Below, one piece after another: positions 39,167-51,828 of a stretch of DNA of 64,000 nucleotides. A program made the position numbers and the translations under genes. A model generated the notes under the pieces. That model did not search any database and was not told the DNA's origin. It was given only the letters and a program-made list of their open reading frames with translations. How positions within the stretch are numbered: position 1 is the first letter of the stretch; every line of letters begins with the position of its first letter. The stretch lies in contig JAPOLY010000001.1 in assembly GCA_029976805.1 (NCBI GenBank), forward strand, positions 49,309-113,308. The letters are read 5' to 3'. This DNA comes from a bacterium. Lineage in GTDB: Bacteria > Planctomycetota > UBA8108 > UBA1146.

Positions 39167-39243
39167 AGGGCAGTAGCTCCAATTGGTAGAGCAGCGGATT
39201 CCAAATCCGCGGGTTGGGGGTTCGAGTCCCTCCTGCCCTGCCA
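39167..39243 (+). tRNA. tRNA-Trp(CCA)
   Basis: AGGGCAG acceptor, TTCCAAA loop, ends GCCA. Confidence 0.96.
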
Positions 39244-39384
39244 ACCTTTGTTGCAGAGATGCAGAGTGTGATCGAGTTTTGAAAAAGCCTGCCAGGCAGG
39301 TCCTCAGTCCACCCCGGTGGGCTGCGAATCTTGCCGCGTCGTTGAACCGATCGCTTCGGCGATCCAGAGAGAGGGTCAGAGTCG

Positions 39385-39810
39385 ATGAGTTTTCGTCTCT
39401 ACAAGGAGGGACAGGGCAAATGGGCACGAGGTGCTCTTGCCGTGATTCTTTTTGGCGTAGGTCTCTTCGCCGCCGTCTCCACCGCAGACTGGCTGGAAGG
39501 CAACGGTTATGGAGATGGGGATCTGTTTACGATTCCCGGGATCGAATTCGGCGTTCAGGCGCGGGCGATCTACACCATTCTCGTGCTGTTGCCGTTTTTG
39601 CTGGCGGGCATCTGGTACTACAACAAACCCAGTCTCAGTGACTTCCTGATCGAGACGGAAGCGGAGCTGGAAAACAAGGTGACCTGGCCCACCCGCGATG
39701 AGACCACACGCAACTCTTTGGTCGTGTGTGTGACTGCGGTCATTATTTTGGGCTGGATCATGATGGCAGACGGATTGCTTCGCACTGTTCAGGGAGTGGT
39801 CTACGGATGA
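39385..39810 (+). CDS. secE: Preprotein translocase subunit SecE
   Basis: FLIETEAEL..KVTWPT motif; position between tRNA-Trp and nusG. Confidence 0.9.
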   Translation: MSFRLYKEGQGKWARGALAVILFGVGLFAAVSTADWLEGNGYGDGDLFTIPGIEFGVQARAIYTILVLLPFLLAGIWYYNKPSLSDFLIETEAELENKVTWPTRDETTRNSLVVCVTAVIILGWIMMADGLLRTVQGVVYG

Positions 39811-40586
39811 TCGACGATTTCACCGACCACGAAGAGACGATGCCCGAGGGCGAGGAGACGGTCGCTACCGGTGGTGCCGGTGAGACCGAATCCGAATCGG
39901 TGCAAGAGGATCTTGCTGCTGGCGGTGCTGACGATGCGATCGAAGATTCGGCGGATTCAGCAGAATCAGCAGAAGTGGAAGATTCCACTCCCGCTGCGGT
40001 GATGTCCGGCATCATCAAGCCGGAGGAATCAGACGACGACGAGATGGCCCATGAGTGGTACGTCGTCAAGGTGGCCAATGGTCGGGAGGATACCCTCTCG
40101 CGCAAGGTCGAAAGAAAACTGGCCCTGAGCGGTCTCGACAAGTACGTGCGGAGCATTGCCGTTCCGAAACAGAAGGTGATCGAGATCAAAGAGGGCAAGA
40201 AGCGGGTTCGGGAACAGAAACTCTATCAGGGATACTTCTTCATGGAGTGTCAGTTGGTGGACGAGATCTGGTACCTCCTGCGTGAAGTTCAGGGAGTGGG
40301 ATCCTTCGTAGGTGGAAAAGCCGCCGACAAGCCGATGCCGATGACCCCTGAAGAAGTCAGAAAATTGAGAGACATGATGGAGCAGCGCGAAAGTGAAGCC
40401 GCTCCGGAACTGAAAATTGACGTCAAGAAAAATGATTCCGTCAAGGTCAAGGATGGTCCGTTCGAAAACTTCGAGGGTGTCGTCGAGGAGGTTCAGCCGA
40501 AGACCGGCAAGCTCCGTGTGATGGTCACTATTTTCGGACAGGACACACCGGTCGACCTGGAATACTGGCAAGTAGAGAAAACCTGA
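39807..40586 (+). CDS. nusG: Transcription factor NusG with an acidic N-terminal extension
   Basis: WYVVKV..GRE, LYQGY, VKDGPFENFEG KOW motif; ATG 39807 overlaps the secE stop. Confidence 0.95.
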   Translation: MIDDFTDHEETMPEGEETVATGGAGETESESVQEDLAAGGADDAIEDSADSAESAEVEDSTPAAVMSGIIKPEESDDDEMAHEWYVVKVANGREDTLSRKVERKLALSGLDKYVRSIAVPKQKVIEIKEGKKRVREQKLYQGYFFMECQLVDEIWYLLREVQGVGSFVGGKAADKPMPMTPEEVRKLRDMMEQRESEAAPELKIDVKKNDSVKVKDGPFENFEGVVEEVQPKTGKLRVMVTIFGQDTPVDLEYWQVEKT

Positions 40587-40608
40587 TCTCGATTTTATCG
40601 AGATCCCA

Positions 40609-40650
40609 GCGGGAGGGCGGGGTGCATGTCATGCCCCGTTCGTTGACCGC
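40609..40650 (+). promoter_or_regulatory. Probable L1-binding autoregulatory leader of rplKA
   Basis: GCGG-GA-GGGCGGGG...CCCCGTTC-GTTGA-CCGC: two helices around an asymmetric GA/GA loop just before the rplK RBS. Confidence 0.55.
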
Positions 40651-40666
40651 AGGATAGGCAGAGATC

Positions 40667-41092
40667 ATGGCAAAAGAAGTCACAGGGCTGATCAAATTGC
40701 AGGTCCCTGGCGGGCAGGCTACGCCGGCACCGCCGGTGGGTCCGGCGCTGGGTCAGCATGGTGTGAACATTGGTGAGTTTGTTCAGCGTTTCAATGCTGA
40801 TACAGCCAGTCAGCAGGGATTGATTATTCCTGTTGTCATCACGGTCTATAACGACCGCACCTTTGATCTGACCTTCAAGTCTCCCCCCGCAGCAGTGCTG
40901 ATCAAAAAAGCCATTGGCCTCGACAAGGGTGCCAATGATCCCGGACATGAGGTGGTGGCAAAGATCACCAGCGATCAGGTCCGTGAGATTGCGGAAACCA
41001 AGAAGAATGACCTCAACGCTGCTTCCCTGGAAGCGGCCATGCTGATGATTGCAGGAACTGCACGGAGCATGGGAATAGAGGTGGAGGACTAA
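40667..41092 (+). CDS. rplK: 50S ribosomal protein L11
   Basis: [22 protein letters not shown]. Confidence 0.98.
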   Translation: MAKEVTGLIKLQVPGGQATPAPPVGPALGQHGVNIGEFVQRFNADTASQQGLIIPVVITVYNDRTFDLTFKSPPAAVLIKKAIGLDKGANDPGHEVVAKITSDQVREIAETKKNDLNAASLEAAMLMIAGTARSMGIEVED

Positions 41093-41778
41093 TGCCCAAG
41101 TTGAGCAAGAGACACTCTGGCAACAAGTCCAAGGTGGATCGCCAAACGGAAATGCCTTTGGCAGAAGCAGTCAAGACGGTGATGGGTTTCCAGAAAGCCA
41201 AGTTTGACGAAACCGTCGAGGTGGCTGTTCGTTTGGGAATCGATCCGCGACAGGGTACCCAGAACATTCGGGGCGCCTTCTCCCTTCCCCACGGAATCGG
41301 CAAGACGGTTCGAGTGATCGCCTTCGTCGATGGCCCTGCTGCTGACGAAGCGAAAGCCGCTGGAGCCGCAGAAGTGGGAGGCGAGGAACTCGCCGCCAAA
41401 ATCGAGGGTGGCTGGTTCGACTTCGATGTCGCCATCGCTCACCCGTCGATGATGCGATTCGTCGGAAAATTGGGAAAGGTTCTTGGTCCCCAGGGCAAGA
41501 TGCCGACCCCTAAATCCGGAACCGTGACGACGGACGTCGTGACCGCAGTTCAGGAGTTCGTGGCAGGTAAGATCGAATTCCGTAATGACGCCGGTGGCAT
41601 TGTTCATGCTCCGGTCGGTCGCCGCAGTTTCGAAGAGAATCAGTTGGTGGAAAACGTTCAGGCGTTCGTTTCCCACATCGAGAAGTTGCGCCCGACATCG
41701 ATCAAGGGCGTCTACATGAAGAAAGTCTTTATCAAGTCAACGATGTCGCCCGCTGTGGCGATTCAGTTGGCGCAGTAG
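41092..41778 (+). CDS. rplA: 50S ribosomal protein L1
   Basis: KFDETVE, LPHG.GK, LGP.GKMP.PKSGTV, STM. Confidence 0.98.
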   Translation: MPKLSKRHSGNKSKVDRQTEMPLAEAVKTVMGFQKAKFDETVEVAVRLGIDPRQGTQNIRGAFSLPHGIGKTVRVIAFVDGPAADEAKAAGAAEVGGEELAAKIEGGWFDFDVAIAHPSMMRFVGKLGKVLGPQGKMPTPKSGTVTTDVVTAVQEFVAGKIEFRNDAGGIVHAPVGRRSFEENQLVENVQAFVSHIEKLRPTSIKGVYMKKVFIKSTMSPAVAIQLAQ

Positions 41779-41805
41779 GAGCCGCGAAGCTGGAAAGGAG
41801 GGCCC

Positions 41806-42336
41806 ATGGCCCGCAGGATGAAGGTGATGATGACTCAGCAGTTGTCCAATCGCCTCGATGATTCCGGAGACGTGCTTCTGGTGGATTTCTCGGGATTGAA
41901 TTCTTCCGAGGATTTCGGTGCGCGAAACAAACTCCGTGAAGCGGGACTCAATATCAATGTCGTCAAAAACTCTCTCCTCAAGAGAGTGATGGACGAGAGT
42001 GGTCGTGAGTTCCCTGCTGAGACCTATTCCGGTCCCGTTGCCTTGATCAACGGAGACACGGATGCGATTACCGCAAGCAAGACGATTGCGGATATGCGCA
42101 AGGAACTGGGCAAGAAATTGCCGATCAAGGGAGGAGTCCTCGAGGGCTCCATTCTCGGACCCGAAGAAGCCGAGAAGTTGACGAAGATGCCAAGCGTTCA
42201 GGAAACGCAGGCAGCGGTCGTTTCCGCGATTGCCGGACCGCTGACTGGCCTGGTCGCCATTACTCAGAATCTGCTCACCGGGTTGCCCGGTGTTGTTCAG
42301 GCGATCGCTGACAAACAACGAGAAGAAGGGGAGTAG
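41806..42336 (+). CDS. rplJ: 50S ribosomal protein L10
   Basis: DFSGL, VVKNSL, KGG, position in the cluster. Confidence 0.93.
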   Translation: MARRMKVMMTQQLSNRLDDSGDVLLVDFSGLNSSEDFGARNKLREAGLNINVVKNSLLKRVMDESGREFPAETYSGPVALINGDTDAITASKTIADMRKELGKKLPIKGGVLEGSILGPEEAEKLTKMPSVQETQAAVVSAIAGPLTGLVAITQNLLTGLPGVVQAIADKQREEGE

Positions 42337-42341
42337 CTGAC

Positions 42342-42764
42342 ATGTCGGATGAAGCTGCAACCGAAGAAAAGGCACCGCCGAGCGAAAAGGTCGGAGCCAT
42401 CATGGAGAGCATCAAGGGCCTTAGCGTCATGGAGCTCGTCGAGCTGAAGGACGTCCTTGAGGACGAGTTTGGCGTCAGCGCCGCCGCCATGCCCATGGGC
42501 ATGCCGATGATGGCTGCTGGTGGAGACGGTGGCGGAGACGCTGCCGAGGAGAAGACCGATTTCGACGTCGTCCTGACCGGCGACGGTGGCAAGAAGGTCC
42601 CCGTGATCAAGGCCGTCCGCGGCATCACTGGTCTGGGACTGAAAGAAGCCAAAGAGTTGGTCGAGTCCGCACCCAAGGCCGTCAAGGAAGGCGTTCCGAA
42701 GGAAGAGGCCGAGAAGCTCAAGGCCGAACTCGAAGAAGCCGGTGCTTCGGTCGAACTCAAGTAG
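42342..42764 (+). CDS. rplL: 50S ribosomal protein L7/L12
   Basis: [27 protein letters not shown]. Confidence 0.98.
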   Translation: MSDEAATEEKAPPSEKVGAIMESIKGLSVMELVELKDVLEDEFGVSAAAMPMGMPMMAAGGDGGGDAAEEKTDFDVVLTGDGGKKVPVIKAVRGITGLGLKEAKELVESAPKAVKEGVPKEEAEKLKAELEEAGASVELK

Positions 42765-43143
42765 TGATCGCCAGTTCCAGGATTGCAAAGTTCTGAACAC
42801 GTCGCCCATGAAGTGATTCTTCATGGGATATCGGCGTTTATGGGTTATAGAGCAATTTTGGAAGTGTGTTAGCTGGGGAGCGTCCATGCGAGGGATGCCT
42901 CCCCGGGATTCGAAAGCCAGTGGTAGGCCCCGGGGGGAGTCCGGGTCTGGAAGGCTATCGAAAAGTCCCGGACAGCCGTCAACGGGTTGTCCTAGCAGTC
43001 CATCTCGCTCGGAAACCCCTGGTTTCCGTCATGAAGGTTTGCTGATCGAGGATGCATGGGTCGCATCCCCGGTCTCAGGGACTCGTGCGACTGACTTCAC
43101 GAAGTATTTGTGATGGAAGCGCGCACGAAGGAAGCAGGTATCC

Positions 43144-46100
43144 ATGTCGCCTGAAGAAGCGATGGCCGTGGAGCACGGACCGAGACCAGCCAAGGTCTTT
43201 GGTAGTGGTCTGAGGGCTGTGCAAATTCCGAATCTGATGGAGTTGCAGATCAATGCATACTCCCAGTTTCTGCAAAGGGATGTTCACTGGGCGGACCGGG
43301 ACAACATTGGTCTCGAGTCGATCCTCCGTGAGATTTTCCCCATCAACAGTTACGACGAGTCGATCACCCTGACTTATCTGGGTTACGACCTCGGCAGTCC
43401 CCGTTACTCGGTCGATGAGTGCCGACAGCTCAAGCTGACCTACGGGGCCCCCTTCAAAATTCGCCTTCGCCTTGAGAAAGAGGGGGAGTCACTGGAGGAA
43501 GAGGTCTATCTCGGAGAGATTCCGCTGATGATCGGTGGCGGTGAATTCATCGTCAACGGTTCCGAGCGCGTGATCGTCAGTCAGCTGCATCGCTCTCCCG
43601 GCGTGGACTTCAGCGAAGAGCTGCACACTGGCGACGTCAAGCTGCACTCGTGCCGGATTATTCCCGAGCGCGGATCCTGGGTCGAGTTCAACGTCACCAA
43701 AAAAGGTGCACTCTCGGTTCGGATCGACCAGAGCGGCAAGTTCCCTGCCTCGATGCTTCTGCGTGCCATGGACGAGGACTTTGGTTCCTCCACGGCTCTG
43801 CTTTCCATGTTCTATGAGCTGGAAACGGTCAAGGCAAAGACGGTCAAGGACATCGACAAGCTGATCGGAACAGAAGTCGACGGCGTGCGTACAGGCCGGG
43901 TGAGTGCCGAGGACATCCTCGACGCTGAAACCGGCGAGGTTCTGCTCCACACCGGAGACGTCTTTACGGAAACCTTCCTCAACAGTTACTTCTCTGAGGA
44001 CATGAACGCCAAGCGTGGTGGCAAGAGCAGTTTCAAGGTCTTGCCCGAGAGCTTTGACGACCTGTTCCTCAAAACGATTCGTGAAGACAACTCCATCGAT
44101 CACGAAGACGCCCTGATCAAGATTTACACCCGCCTTCGCCCCGGCAACCCGCCACAGGTGGCCAAGGCCCGCGAGTTGTTCTTCGACAAATTCAAGAACG
44201 ACGCCAAGTACCGTCTTGGCAAGGTCGGAAGATTCCGCATCAACCGCAAATTCGGACTCGAGCTTCCGGAAGATGCCCAGGTGATTCAGAAGGAAGACAT
44301 CCTCGAATCGATCTCCTACATCTTCAAGTTGCGCGATCGCCAGGGACAGTTGGACGATATCGACCATCTGGGTAACCGCCGTGTCAGAACCATCGAGGAA
44401 CTGGCCGGGGACGAACTGCGCAAGGGCTTCCTGAAGCTCAAGCGTACCGTCCAGGAGCGGATGAGCATGATGGAGCCAGAGAACCTGACTCCCCGTTCTG
44501 TCATCAACTCGAAAACCATCTCCAGTGCCGTCGAGTTCTTCTTCGGTCGTGGTGAGCTTTCACAGGTGGTGGACCAGACCAACCCGCTTTCCCAGTTGAC
44601 TCATGAGCGCCGTCTCAGTGCGTTGGGACCCGGTGGACTGAACCGGAAGCGTGCCGGCTTCGAAGTGCGAGACGTGCACATTTCCCACTATGGCAGGATC
44701 TGCCCGATCGAGACTCCCGAGGGAACCAACATCGGTCTGATCTCCAGCCTCAGTGTGTTCGCCACCATCGACAAATACGGATTCCTGATTACGCCCTACT
44801 TCCCGGTGAAGAACGGTAAAGCTGATCTGTCCAAGACCGGGATCCGTTTCCTGCGTGCGGACGAAGAGGAAAACAAGTACCTCACTCCTGCGGACTCTCC
44901 GCTGGACGATACCGGCACGTTGATCGGTGATCTGGTACTCGCTCGCTACAACGGTGAATTCATCATGGTGGAACCGGACAAGATCGAACTGATGGACGTT
45001 TCGTCCAAGCAGTTGATCGGTGTTTCGGCTGCCCTGATTCCTTTCCTCGAGCACGACGACGCAAACCGGGCCCTGATGGGATCGAACATGATGCGTCAGG
45101 CGGTGCCGTTGCTGCGCACCGATCCGCCACTGGTCGGAACCGGTATGGAAGAGCACGTCTCCAAATACTCGGGAATGGTGATGCGTGCGCCCAAGGATGG
45201 CACCGTGACCAGCGTCGATTCGACTCATATCGAGATCGACGGCGAGCGTCATGAGTTGCGCAAGTACCGCGGCCTCAACGAAAGAACCTGTCAGAACCAG
45301 CGCCCTTGTGTGATCCTCGATCAGAAGGTCACCAAAGGGGATGTGATCGCTGACGGAGCGGCAACCGAGAATGGCATTCTGTCCCTCGGGCGTAACGTGC
45401 TCGTCGCCTTCATGTCATGGGACGGCTACAACTTCGAGGATGCGATCATCGTCAGTGAGCAACTGGTTCGTGAGGATGTCTACACTTCGATTCACATCGA
45501 TGAGTTTGAGATCGAAGTTCGCGAGACCAAACTGGGTCGCGAAGAGTTTACCCGTGACATTCCCAACGTTTCCGAGCGCGTGCTCTCCAAGTTGGATGAG
45601 CGCGGAATCATCAAAACCGGAACCCAGGTGGTTCAGGGCGACATCCTTGTCGGCAAGGTGGTTCCCAAATCGAAGAGTGAGCTCTCTCCTGAGGAGAAGC
45701 TTCTTCACGCCATCTTTGGTCGTGCAGGTGAGGACGTCAAAAACGAATCCCTGACCGTTGGTTCGGGTGTCAAGGGCGTCGTCATCGGTTCGAAGAAGTT
45801 CTCCCGCAAAAATGAGATCACCCCGGAAGATCGTCGTGAGATGAAGACGAAGATGGAGAAGCTGGAGACGGAAACGTACGACCAGATCATCTTCGAACTG
45901 GAATCTCTCCTGGGCGAAATTCGCGACGTCACCGGCTCCTCTCCGAGGAACCCGGACACGGGTCGCGTCTTCAAGGCCGAGGAACTTTTCATGACGCGGA
46001 ACGTGCACTCGGTCAAGATTGCACTTAACCCTGAGTTGTTCCTTGGATCTTCAGAGAGCAACAACCAGAAGATCAAGGATGCCCTCTTCCGTCGCTTCCA

Positions 46101-46908
46101 GAAGATGGAAGAACTGGAGGATTCCAGAAACCGTGAGATCAACCGCATGACCCGTGGTGACGAACTTGCTCCGGGTGTCATTGAAATGGTCAAGGTTTGG
46201 GTCGCAACCAAGCGCAACCTTTCCGTCGGTGACAAAATGGCGGGACGTCACGGTAACAAGGGTGTGATCTCGCGGATTCTTCCGTTGCAGGACCTGCCCT
46301 TCCTCGAAGACGGGCAAATGGTTGAGGTCATCCTCAATCCGCTGGGTGTGCCTTCACGAATGAACCTCGGACAGATTCTCGAGACCCAGCTCGGTTGGGC
46401 TGCGGACAAACTGGGATACCGCGCGGTGACCCCCGTCTTCGACGGAGCCACCGAAGAAGAGATTCGTGACGAATTGACCAAGGCCGGACTGACCGACGAC
46501 GGAAAGTCGGTGCTTTACGACGGCCGTACCGGTGAGCGTTTCGAGCAGAAGGTGACCGTTGGTCGCATGTACCTGCTCAAACTGCACCACCTGGTGGACG
46601 ACAAGATTCATGCCCGAGCCACCGGGCCTTACTCCCTCATTACGCAACAGCCGCTGGGAGGAAAGGCGAGGTTCGGAGGACAGAGATTCGGAGAGATGGA
46701 AGTGTGGGCGCTGGAAGCCTACGGTGCTGCACACATCCTTCAGGAACTGCTGACGGCCAAGTCGGATGACGTCGACGGCAGGGCAAAAATCTACGAGTCG
46801 ATGGTCAAGGGTGAAAACAGTCTGCAGGCAGGAACTCCTGTCTCCTTCGACGTTCTCACCAATGAGATCAAGGGCCTGGGTCTGAACCTCGAACTGGAAA
46901 AGAAGTGA
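43144..46908 (+). CDS. rpoB: RNA polymerase beta subunit
   Basis: [38 protein letters not shown]. Confidence 0.99.
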   Translation: MSPEEAMAVEHGPRPAKVFGSGLRAVQIPNLMELQINAYSQFLQRDVHWADRDNIGLESILREIFPINSYDESITLTYLGYDLGSPRYSVDECRQLKLTYGAPFKIRLRLEKEGESLEEEVYLGEIPLMIGGGEFIVNGSERVIVSQLHRSPGVDFSEELHTGDVKLHSCRIIPERGSWVEFNVTKKGALSVRIDQSGKFPASMLLRAMDEDFGSSTALLSMFYELETVKAKTVKDIDKLIGTEVDGVRTGRVSAEDILDAETGEVLLHTGDVFTETFLNSYFSEDMNAKRGGKSSFKVLPESFDDLFLKTIREDNSIDHEDALIKIYTRLRPGNPPQVAKARELFFDKFKNDAKYRLGKVGRFRINRKFGLELPEDAQVIQKEDILESISYIFKLRDRQGQLDDIDHLGNRRVRTIEELAGDELRKGFLKLKRTVQERMSMMEPENLTPRSVINSKTISSAVEFFFGRGELSQVVDQTNPLSQLTHERRLSALGPGGLNRKRAGFEVRDVHISHYGRICPIETPEGTNIGLISSLSVFATIDKYGFLITPYFPVKNGKADLSKTGIRFLRADEEENKYLTPADSPLDDTGTLIGDLVLARYNGEFIMVEPDKIELMDVSSKQLIGVSAALIPFLEHDDANRALMGSNMMRQAVPLLRTDPPLVGTGMEEHVSKYSGMVMRAPKDGTVTSVDSTHIEIDGERHELRKYRGLNERTCQNQRPCVILDQKVTKGDVIADGAATENGILSLGRNVLVAFMSWDGYNFEDAIIVSEQLVREDVYTSIHIDEFEIEVRETKLGREEFTRDIPNVSERVLSKLDERGIIKTGTQVVQGDILVGKVVPKSKSELSPEEKLLHAIFGRAGEDVKNESLTVGSGVKGVVIGSKKFSRKNEITPEDRREMKTKMEKLETETYDQIIFELESLLGEIRDVTGSSPRNPDTGRVFKAEELFMTRNVHSVKIALNPELFLGSSESNNQKIKDALFRRFQKMEELEDSRNREINRMTRGDELAPGVIEMVKVWVATKRNLSVGDKMAGRHGNKGVISRILPLQDLPFLEDGQMVEVILNPLGVPSRMNLGQILETQLGWAADKLGYRAVTPVFDGATEEEIRDELTKAGLTDDGKSVLYDGRTGERFEQKVTVGRMYLLKLHHLVDDKIHARATGPYSLITQQPLGGKARFGGQRFGEMEVWALEAYGAAHILQELLTAKSDDVDGRAKIYESMVKGENSLQAGTPVSFDVLTNEIKGLGLNLELEKK

Positions 46909-46912
46909 TCCA

Positions 46913-49900
46913 ATGATGGAACCCGTATACGACAAGGTGAATGACTACGGAGCGGTCAACATCCGCCTCGCATCACCCACGGATATCCTCTCGTGGTCCC
47001 ACGGAGAGGTGAAAAAGCCCGAGACCATCAACTACCGGACCTACCGTCCGGAAAAAGATGGACTCTTCTGCGAGCGAATTTTCGGACCTGAAAAGGACTG
47101 GGAATGTGCCTGCGGAAAGTACAAGGGCATCAAGCACAAGGACATCATCTGTGACCGCTGTGGCGTCAAGGTGGCCCATTCCCGCGTCCGTCGCGAGCGC
47201 ATGGGGCACATCAATCTCGCCGCACCCGTGGTTCACATTTGGTTCTTCAAGGCGATGCCATCCCGTCTGGGCAATCTGCTGGAACTGAAGACCACCCACC
47301 TCGAGCGGGTGATCTACTATCAGGACTACATGGTTCTGGATCCGGGAGATACGCCTCTCAAGGAGAAGCAGCTTCTGAATGAAGAAGAGTACCGCTTCGC
47401 CCGCGAGAAGTACGGAGATGAGTTCGAGGCCGACATGGGAGCGGAAGCGATTCGCACCATGATTCGCAATCTTGATCTTCCTTCTCTCTTCGATGAGTTG
47501 AAGGAAGAGTACGAGACCACCCGTTCCAAGCAGAAGAAGGCAAGTTTGATTCGCCGTCTCGGAATTATCCGTACGGTGATCGAATCTGGCAACAAGCCGG
47601 AGTGGATGATTCTCGAAGCGGTTCCTGTGATTCCGCCCGACCTTCGTCCTCTCGTTCTTCTGGAAAGCGGAAACTTTGCGACCAGTGATCTCAACGACCT
47701 TTACCGTCGTCTCATCAACCGCAACAACCGCTTGAAGAAGTTGCTCGATCTGAATGCACCTGAAGTGATCATTCGCAACGAGAAGCGAATGCTCCAGCAT
47801 TCTGTTGATGCACTCTTTGACAACAACCGCTGCCGTCGTCCGGTTCTCGGTTCAAACAACCGTCCGCTCAAGTCCCTGACCGACATGATCAAGGGTAAGC
47901 AGGGACGTTTCCGTGAGAACCTCCTCGGTAAGCGTGTGGACTACTCCGCCCGTTCCGTGATTGCGGTTGGCCCGGAGTTGAAACTGCACCAGTGTGGATT
48001 GCCGAAGAAGATCGCTCTGGAGCTTTTCCAGCCCTTCATTATTCGCAGACTCAAGGAACTCGGTTATGCCGATACCATCAAGAGCGCGAAGAAGATGCTG
48101 GAGCGCAAGGACGATGAGGTTTGGGACATTCTTGAAGAAGTGACCCAGGGTCACCCTGTGATGCTGAACCGTGCGCCGACTCTTCACCGTATGGGAATCC
48201 AGGCTTTCGAGCCGGTATTGATCGAGGGTAATGCAATCCTTGTTCACCCGCTGGTCTGCGAGGGTTTCAATGCGGACTTCGACGGTGACCAAATGGCCGT
48301 GCACCTGCCACTCTCCGTAGAAGCGCAGCTCGAAGCACAAAACCTGATGCTTTCGACCAACAACATCTTCTCGCCGGCACACGGTAACCCGATCATCGCA
48401 CCTTCTCAGGATATCGTGATGGGTTGTTACTACCTGACGGTCGCCAAGGAAGAAATGTTGGGGCACAACATCATTTTCTCGAGCCCTGAAGAGGTTCACA
48501 CCGCACTCGGTGCCGGAAAGATTCACGGTCATGCTCTGGCCAAGGTTCGCTTGCCGGAAGGCAAGGTGGTTTACAGCTCCTTCGGAAAAGTGGAATCACC
48601 AGACGAGTACGGCTTCTACCGGACGACGCCGAGTCGCATCATCTTTAATGATCTTCTCGATCATGAAGACATGCCGTTCTACAACTTCGCCCTCGCCAAG
48701 TCTGATCTGAAGTCGGTCATCGCTGACTGTTTCCGCATTCGTGGGCGCCGTGCCACCCTCAAGTTCCTTGATGACATGAAGGATCTGGGATTCAAGGCGG
48801 CCACCCGCTCCGGACTCTCCTTCAGCCTTGCTGACTTGAGAACCCCGGAACAGAAGCTCAATGAACTGGAGAAAACGCAGGGCCAGGTCGATCTGATTCA
48901 GCAGCGTCACCAGGATGGTGTGATCACCAACGACGAGCGCAGTAGTCAGATCATCGACAAATGGACCCAAACCACCAACGTGGTCGGTGAGATGCTGATG
49001 CAGCGTCTCAAGGAAGACACTCGTCCAGGTGATGAGTACGTCAATCCCATCTTCGTCATGGTGGATTCAGGCGCACGGGGATCCGTGACCCAGATCCGTC
49101 AGCTGGCGGGAATGCGCGGATTGATGGCGAAGCCCTCCGGTGAAATCATCGAGACTCCCATCAAGGCGTCTTTCCGTGAGGGACTGAAAGTTCTGGAGTA
49201 CTTCTCCTCAACTCACGGTGCCCGTAAAGGTCTGGCTGATACTGCACTGAAGACCGCTGACTCCGGTTACCTGACCCGCAAACTTGCTGACGTCGCCCAG
49301 AATGTGGTCGTCAATGAGCTGGACTGCGGTACTCGCAACGGGCTTTCCAAGAAGGCTCTCAAGCGTGGTGAAAAGGAAGCGATTCCGCTGGCCGCAAGGG
49401 TTCGCGGACGGACCTCCGTCACCGAAATCAAGGATCCGGTTTCTGGCGAAGTGGTCGTCGAGGCGGATGGCCTGATCACTCCGCAGATTGCAGACCGAAT
49501 TCAGGATCTGGGGTACGAACGGATTCTCGTCCGCAGTCCCCTGACCTGCGACAGTCCTCTGGGAGTCTGTGCCAAGTGTTACGGCATGGACCTCTCCAGC
49601 GGTAAGCTGGTTGAGCAGGGTCTGGCAGTTGGAATCGTCGCGGCACAATCGATCGGTGAGCCGGGTACACAGCTGACGATGCGGACCTTCCACATCGGTG
49701 GTGTGGCCTCGAAGTCGGTTCAGGAATCTTCAGTCAAGGCGAACAATGCCGGTGAGATCGTCCTCAAAGAGGCCAATCACGTCGTCAACCAGGATGGCCA
49801 GGATGTGGTCATCAGCCGCCGTGGACTCTTGACCATCGTCAAGGACGGCCGGGAACTGGAGAGTCACGAACTGAGTCTTGGAGCGATTCTTCACGTCAAA

Positions 49901-51298
49901 GAGGGAGCCGCAGTTCGCAAGGGAACCGCACTCTTTGACTGGGATCCGCACTCCCAGTCGATCCTGACCGACGTTGTCGGTTACGCCAAATTTGAAGACA
50001 TCGTTGAGGGTGCAACCCTGAACGTTGAGATCGACCCGGTCTCGAATCAGGAGCGCAGAATCATCTCTGAGCACAGGGGTGAAATGCAGCCACAGATTCG
50101 GATCTGCAGTGACAAGGCAGGACAGGAAACCGTTGCCGCTTACCCCGTACCCGAGAAGGCGATGATCCAGATCGCAGACGGTGACAAGGTGGCCCCGGGT
50201 GACCTGTTGGCAAAATCTCCCCGTCAGACTTCCGGTACTCAGGACATCACCGGTGGACTGCCGCGAGTTACGGAGATTTTCGAGGTTCGCAAGCCGAAAA
50301 ATCCGGCTGTGATCGCCGAGGTGGATGGAATCGTCGAGTTCGGCGAGAAGAAACGCGGCAAGGTGATCATCAATGTGGTTACCGAGAATGGAGAGATCCA
50401 TGAGCACGTGATCCCCTCCGGCAAGCACTACCGCGTGACCAAAGATGACCAGGTGGTCCATGGTCAGCCTCTCACCGACGGTGACAAGGTCCCCAAGGAT
50501 ATCCTTCGTGTTGAGGGAGCTGAAGAAGTTCAGCGCTACCTTATCGAAGAGGTCCAGGGTGTTTACCTGTCCCAGAACGTGACCATCAATGACAAGCACA
50601 TCGAAACCATCGTTTCCCAAATGATGCGCAACGTGATGATCAGGGAAGCGGGTGACAGTGAGTTGCTGCCCGACACCGTGATCGACCGTCATCGCTTCCG
50701 CAAGATTTGCGAAGAGATGGCTGAGAACGGAATGATGCCACCGACCGCCGAGCCGATGCTTCAGGGTATCACCAAGGCTGCGGTTCAGTCGGACAGCTTC
50801 ATCTCCGCAGCCAGTTTCCAGGAGACGACGAAGGTTCTCACGGAAGCGGCACTCAGCGGCAAGAAGGATCGTCTCGTCGGTCTCAAGGAGAATGTGATCA
50901 TGGGTCACATGATTCCGGCCGGTACCGGTTACCGCAGTTACTTCGACAAGGGTGTTCGCCACCTCGGGGAGCCTCCCGTACCGGCAAAGCCCGAGTTGGA
51001 GTCTGTTCTGATCGGTGATCCGGCGACCACGGAGGAGGAGGGGGCTGAAAAGGCCGCTTCTGCAGATCCGTTGAGGGACTTCCTGATGGGTAATGATGTC
51101 AAGGTTGAGGCTCCCGAAGAGGCTGCTGAAACGCCAGATACCTCAGAAATTGCTCAGGAGCCCGCTTCTGAGCCGGTTTTGAGAGATGACGAGATTCAGC
51201 CCCATCCGGATCTCCTGATCGGGGGAGAACCTTCTGTCCCCGAGGAGTCCGGCGAGGAAACTCCAAATTCGGAAGACGAAAACAATTCTGAGGGTTAG
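46913..51298 (+). CDS. rpoC: RNA polymerase beta-prime subunit
   Basis: [38 protein letters not shown]. Confidence 0.99.
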   Translation: MMEPVYDKVNDYGAVNIRLASPTDILSWSHGEVKKPETINYRTYRPEKDGLFCERIFGPEKDWECACGKYKGIKHKDIICDRCGVKVAHSRVRRERMGHINLAAPVVHIWFFKAMPSRLGNLLELKTTHLERVIYYQDYMVLDPGDTPLKEKQLLNEEEYRFAREKYGDEFEADMGAEAIRTMIRNLDLPSLFDELKEEYETTRSKQKKASLIRRLGIIRTVIESGNKPEWMILEAVPVIPPDLRPLVLLESGNFATSDLNDLYRRLINRNNRLKKLLDLNAPEVIIRNEKRMLQHSVDALFDNNRCRRPVLGSNNRPLKSLTDMIKGKQGRFRENLLGKRVDYSARSVIAVGPELKLHQCGLPKKIALELFQPFIIRRLKELGYADTIKSAKKMLERKDDEVWDILEEVTQGHPVMLNRAPTLHRMGIQAFEPVLIEGNAILVHPLVCEGFNADFDGDQMAVHLPLSVEAQLEAQNLMLSTNNIFSPAHGNPIIAPSQDIVMGCYYLTVAKEEMLGHNIIFSSPEEVHTALGAGKIHGHALAKVRLPEGKVVYSSFGKVESPDEYGFYRTTPSRIIFNDLLDHEDMPFYNFALAKSDLKSVIADCFRIRGRRATLKFLDDMKDLGFKAATRSGLSFSLADLRTPEQKLNELEKTQGQVDLIQQRHQDGVITNDERSSQIIDKWTQTTNVVGEMLMQRLKEDTRPGDEYVNPIFVMVDSGARGSVTQIRQLAGMRGLMAKPSGEIIETPIKASFREGLKVLEYFSSTHGARKGLADTALKTADSGYLTRKLADVAQNVVVNELDCGTRNGLSKKALKRGEKEAIPLAARVRGRTSVTEIKDPVSGEVVVEADGLITPQIADRIQDLGYERILVRSPLTCDSPLGVCAKCYGMDLSSGKLVEQGLAVGIVAAQSIGEPGTQLTMRTFHIGGVASKSVQESSVKANNAGEIVLKEANHVVNQDGQDVVISRRGLLTIVKDGRELESHELSLGAILHVKEGAAVRKGTALFDWDPHSQSILTDVVGYAKFEDIVEGATLNVEIDPVSNQERRIISEHRGEMQPQIRICSDKAGQETVAAYPVPEKAMIQIADGDKVAPGDLLAKSPRQTSGTQDITGGLPRVTEIFEVRKPKNPAVIAEVDGIVEFGEKKRGKVIINVVTENGEIHEHVIPSGKHYRVTKDDQVVHGQPLTDGDKVPKDILRVEGAEEVQRYLIEEVQGVYLSQNVTINDKHIETIVSQMMRNVMIREAGDSELLPDTVIDRHRFRKICEEMAENGMMPPTAEPMLQGITKAAVQSDSFISAASFQETTKVLTEAALSGKKDRLVGLKENVIMGHMIPAGTGYRSYFDKGVRHLGEPPVPAKPELESVLIGDPATTEEEGAEKAASADPLRDFLMGNDVKVEAPEEAAETPDTSEIAQEPASEPVLRDDEIQPHPDLLIGGEPSVPEESGEETPNSEDENNSEG

Positions 51299-51442
51299 TA
51301 TGAGGGGCCGCTCCGGGAATGAATCGGGGCGGCGAGTCGATTCCAGCGGCCAGTGAGAGCTGTTCAGGAATCCTTCGAGACCAGAAAAGGATGCACGAAT
51401 CGATCGCGATGATCTGATCGCAGTGTCCTTGAAAGAGAATGA

Positions 51443-51814
51443 ATGCCAACGATCAATCAGTTGGTCCGCAAGGGCCGCAAAGACAAGTTGAAGAAGAGCA
51501 AGTCTCCGGTGTTGGACCGTTGTCCTCAGCGCCGTGGAGTTTGCCTCAAGGTCCACACCATGACTCCCAAGAAGCCGAACTCGGCATTGCGCAAGGTGGC
51601 TCGTGTCCGCCTGTCCAATGGCAAGGAAATCACGGCTTACATCGGGGGTGAGGGACACAACCTCCAGGAGCACTCCATCGTGCTCGTCAGAGGAGGACGT
51701 GTGCGTGACCTTCCCGGGGTTCGTTACCACGTGGTTCGAGGCACCCTCGACTGCTCCGGTGTGGATGACCGGAAGCAGGGACGCTCCAAGTACGGCAAGA
51801 AAAACAAGAAGTAG
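51443..51814 (+). CDS. rpsL: 30S ribosomal protein S12
   Basis: [29 protein letters not shown]. Confidence 0.99.
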   Translation: MPTINQLVRKGRKDKLKKSKSPVLDRCPQRRGVCLKVHTMTPKKPNSALRKVARVRLSNGKEITAYIGGEGHNLQEHSIVLVRGGRVRDLPGVRYHVVRGTLDCSGVDDRKQGRSKYGKKNKK

Positions 51815-51828
51815 CGGGGTAGAGAATC

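Noticed and set aside
37655-39427. 590 aa minus-strand ORF, and similar antisense ORFs across rpoB, rpoC and the ribosomal protein genes
   Set aside because: Mirror frames of tuf, tRNAs and other highly conserved genes
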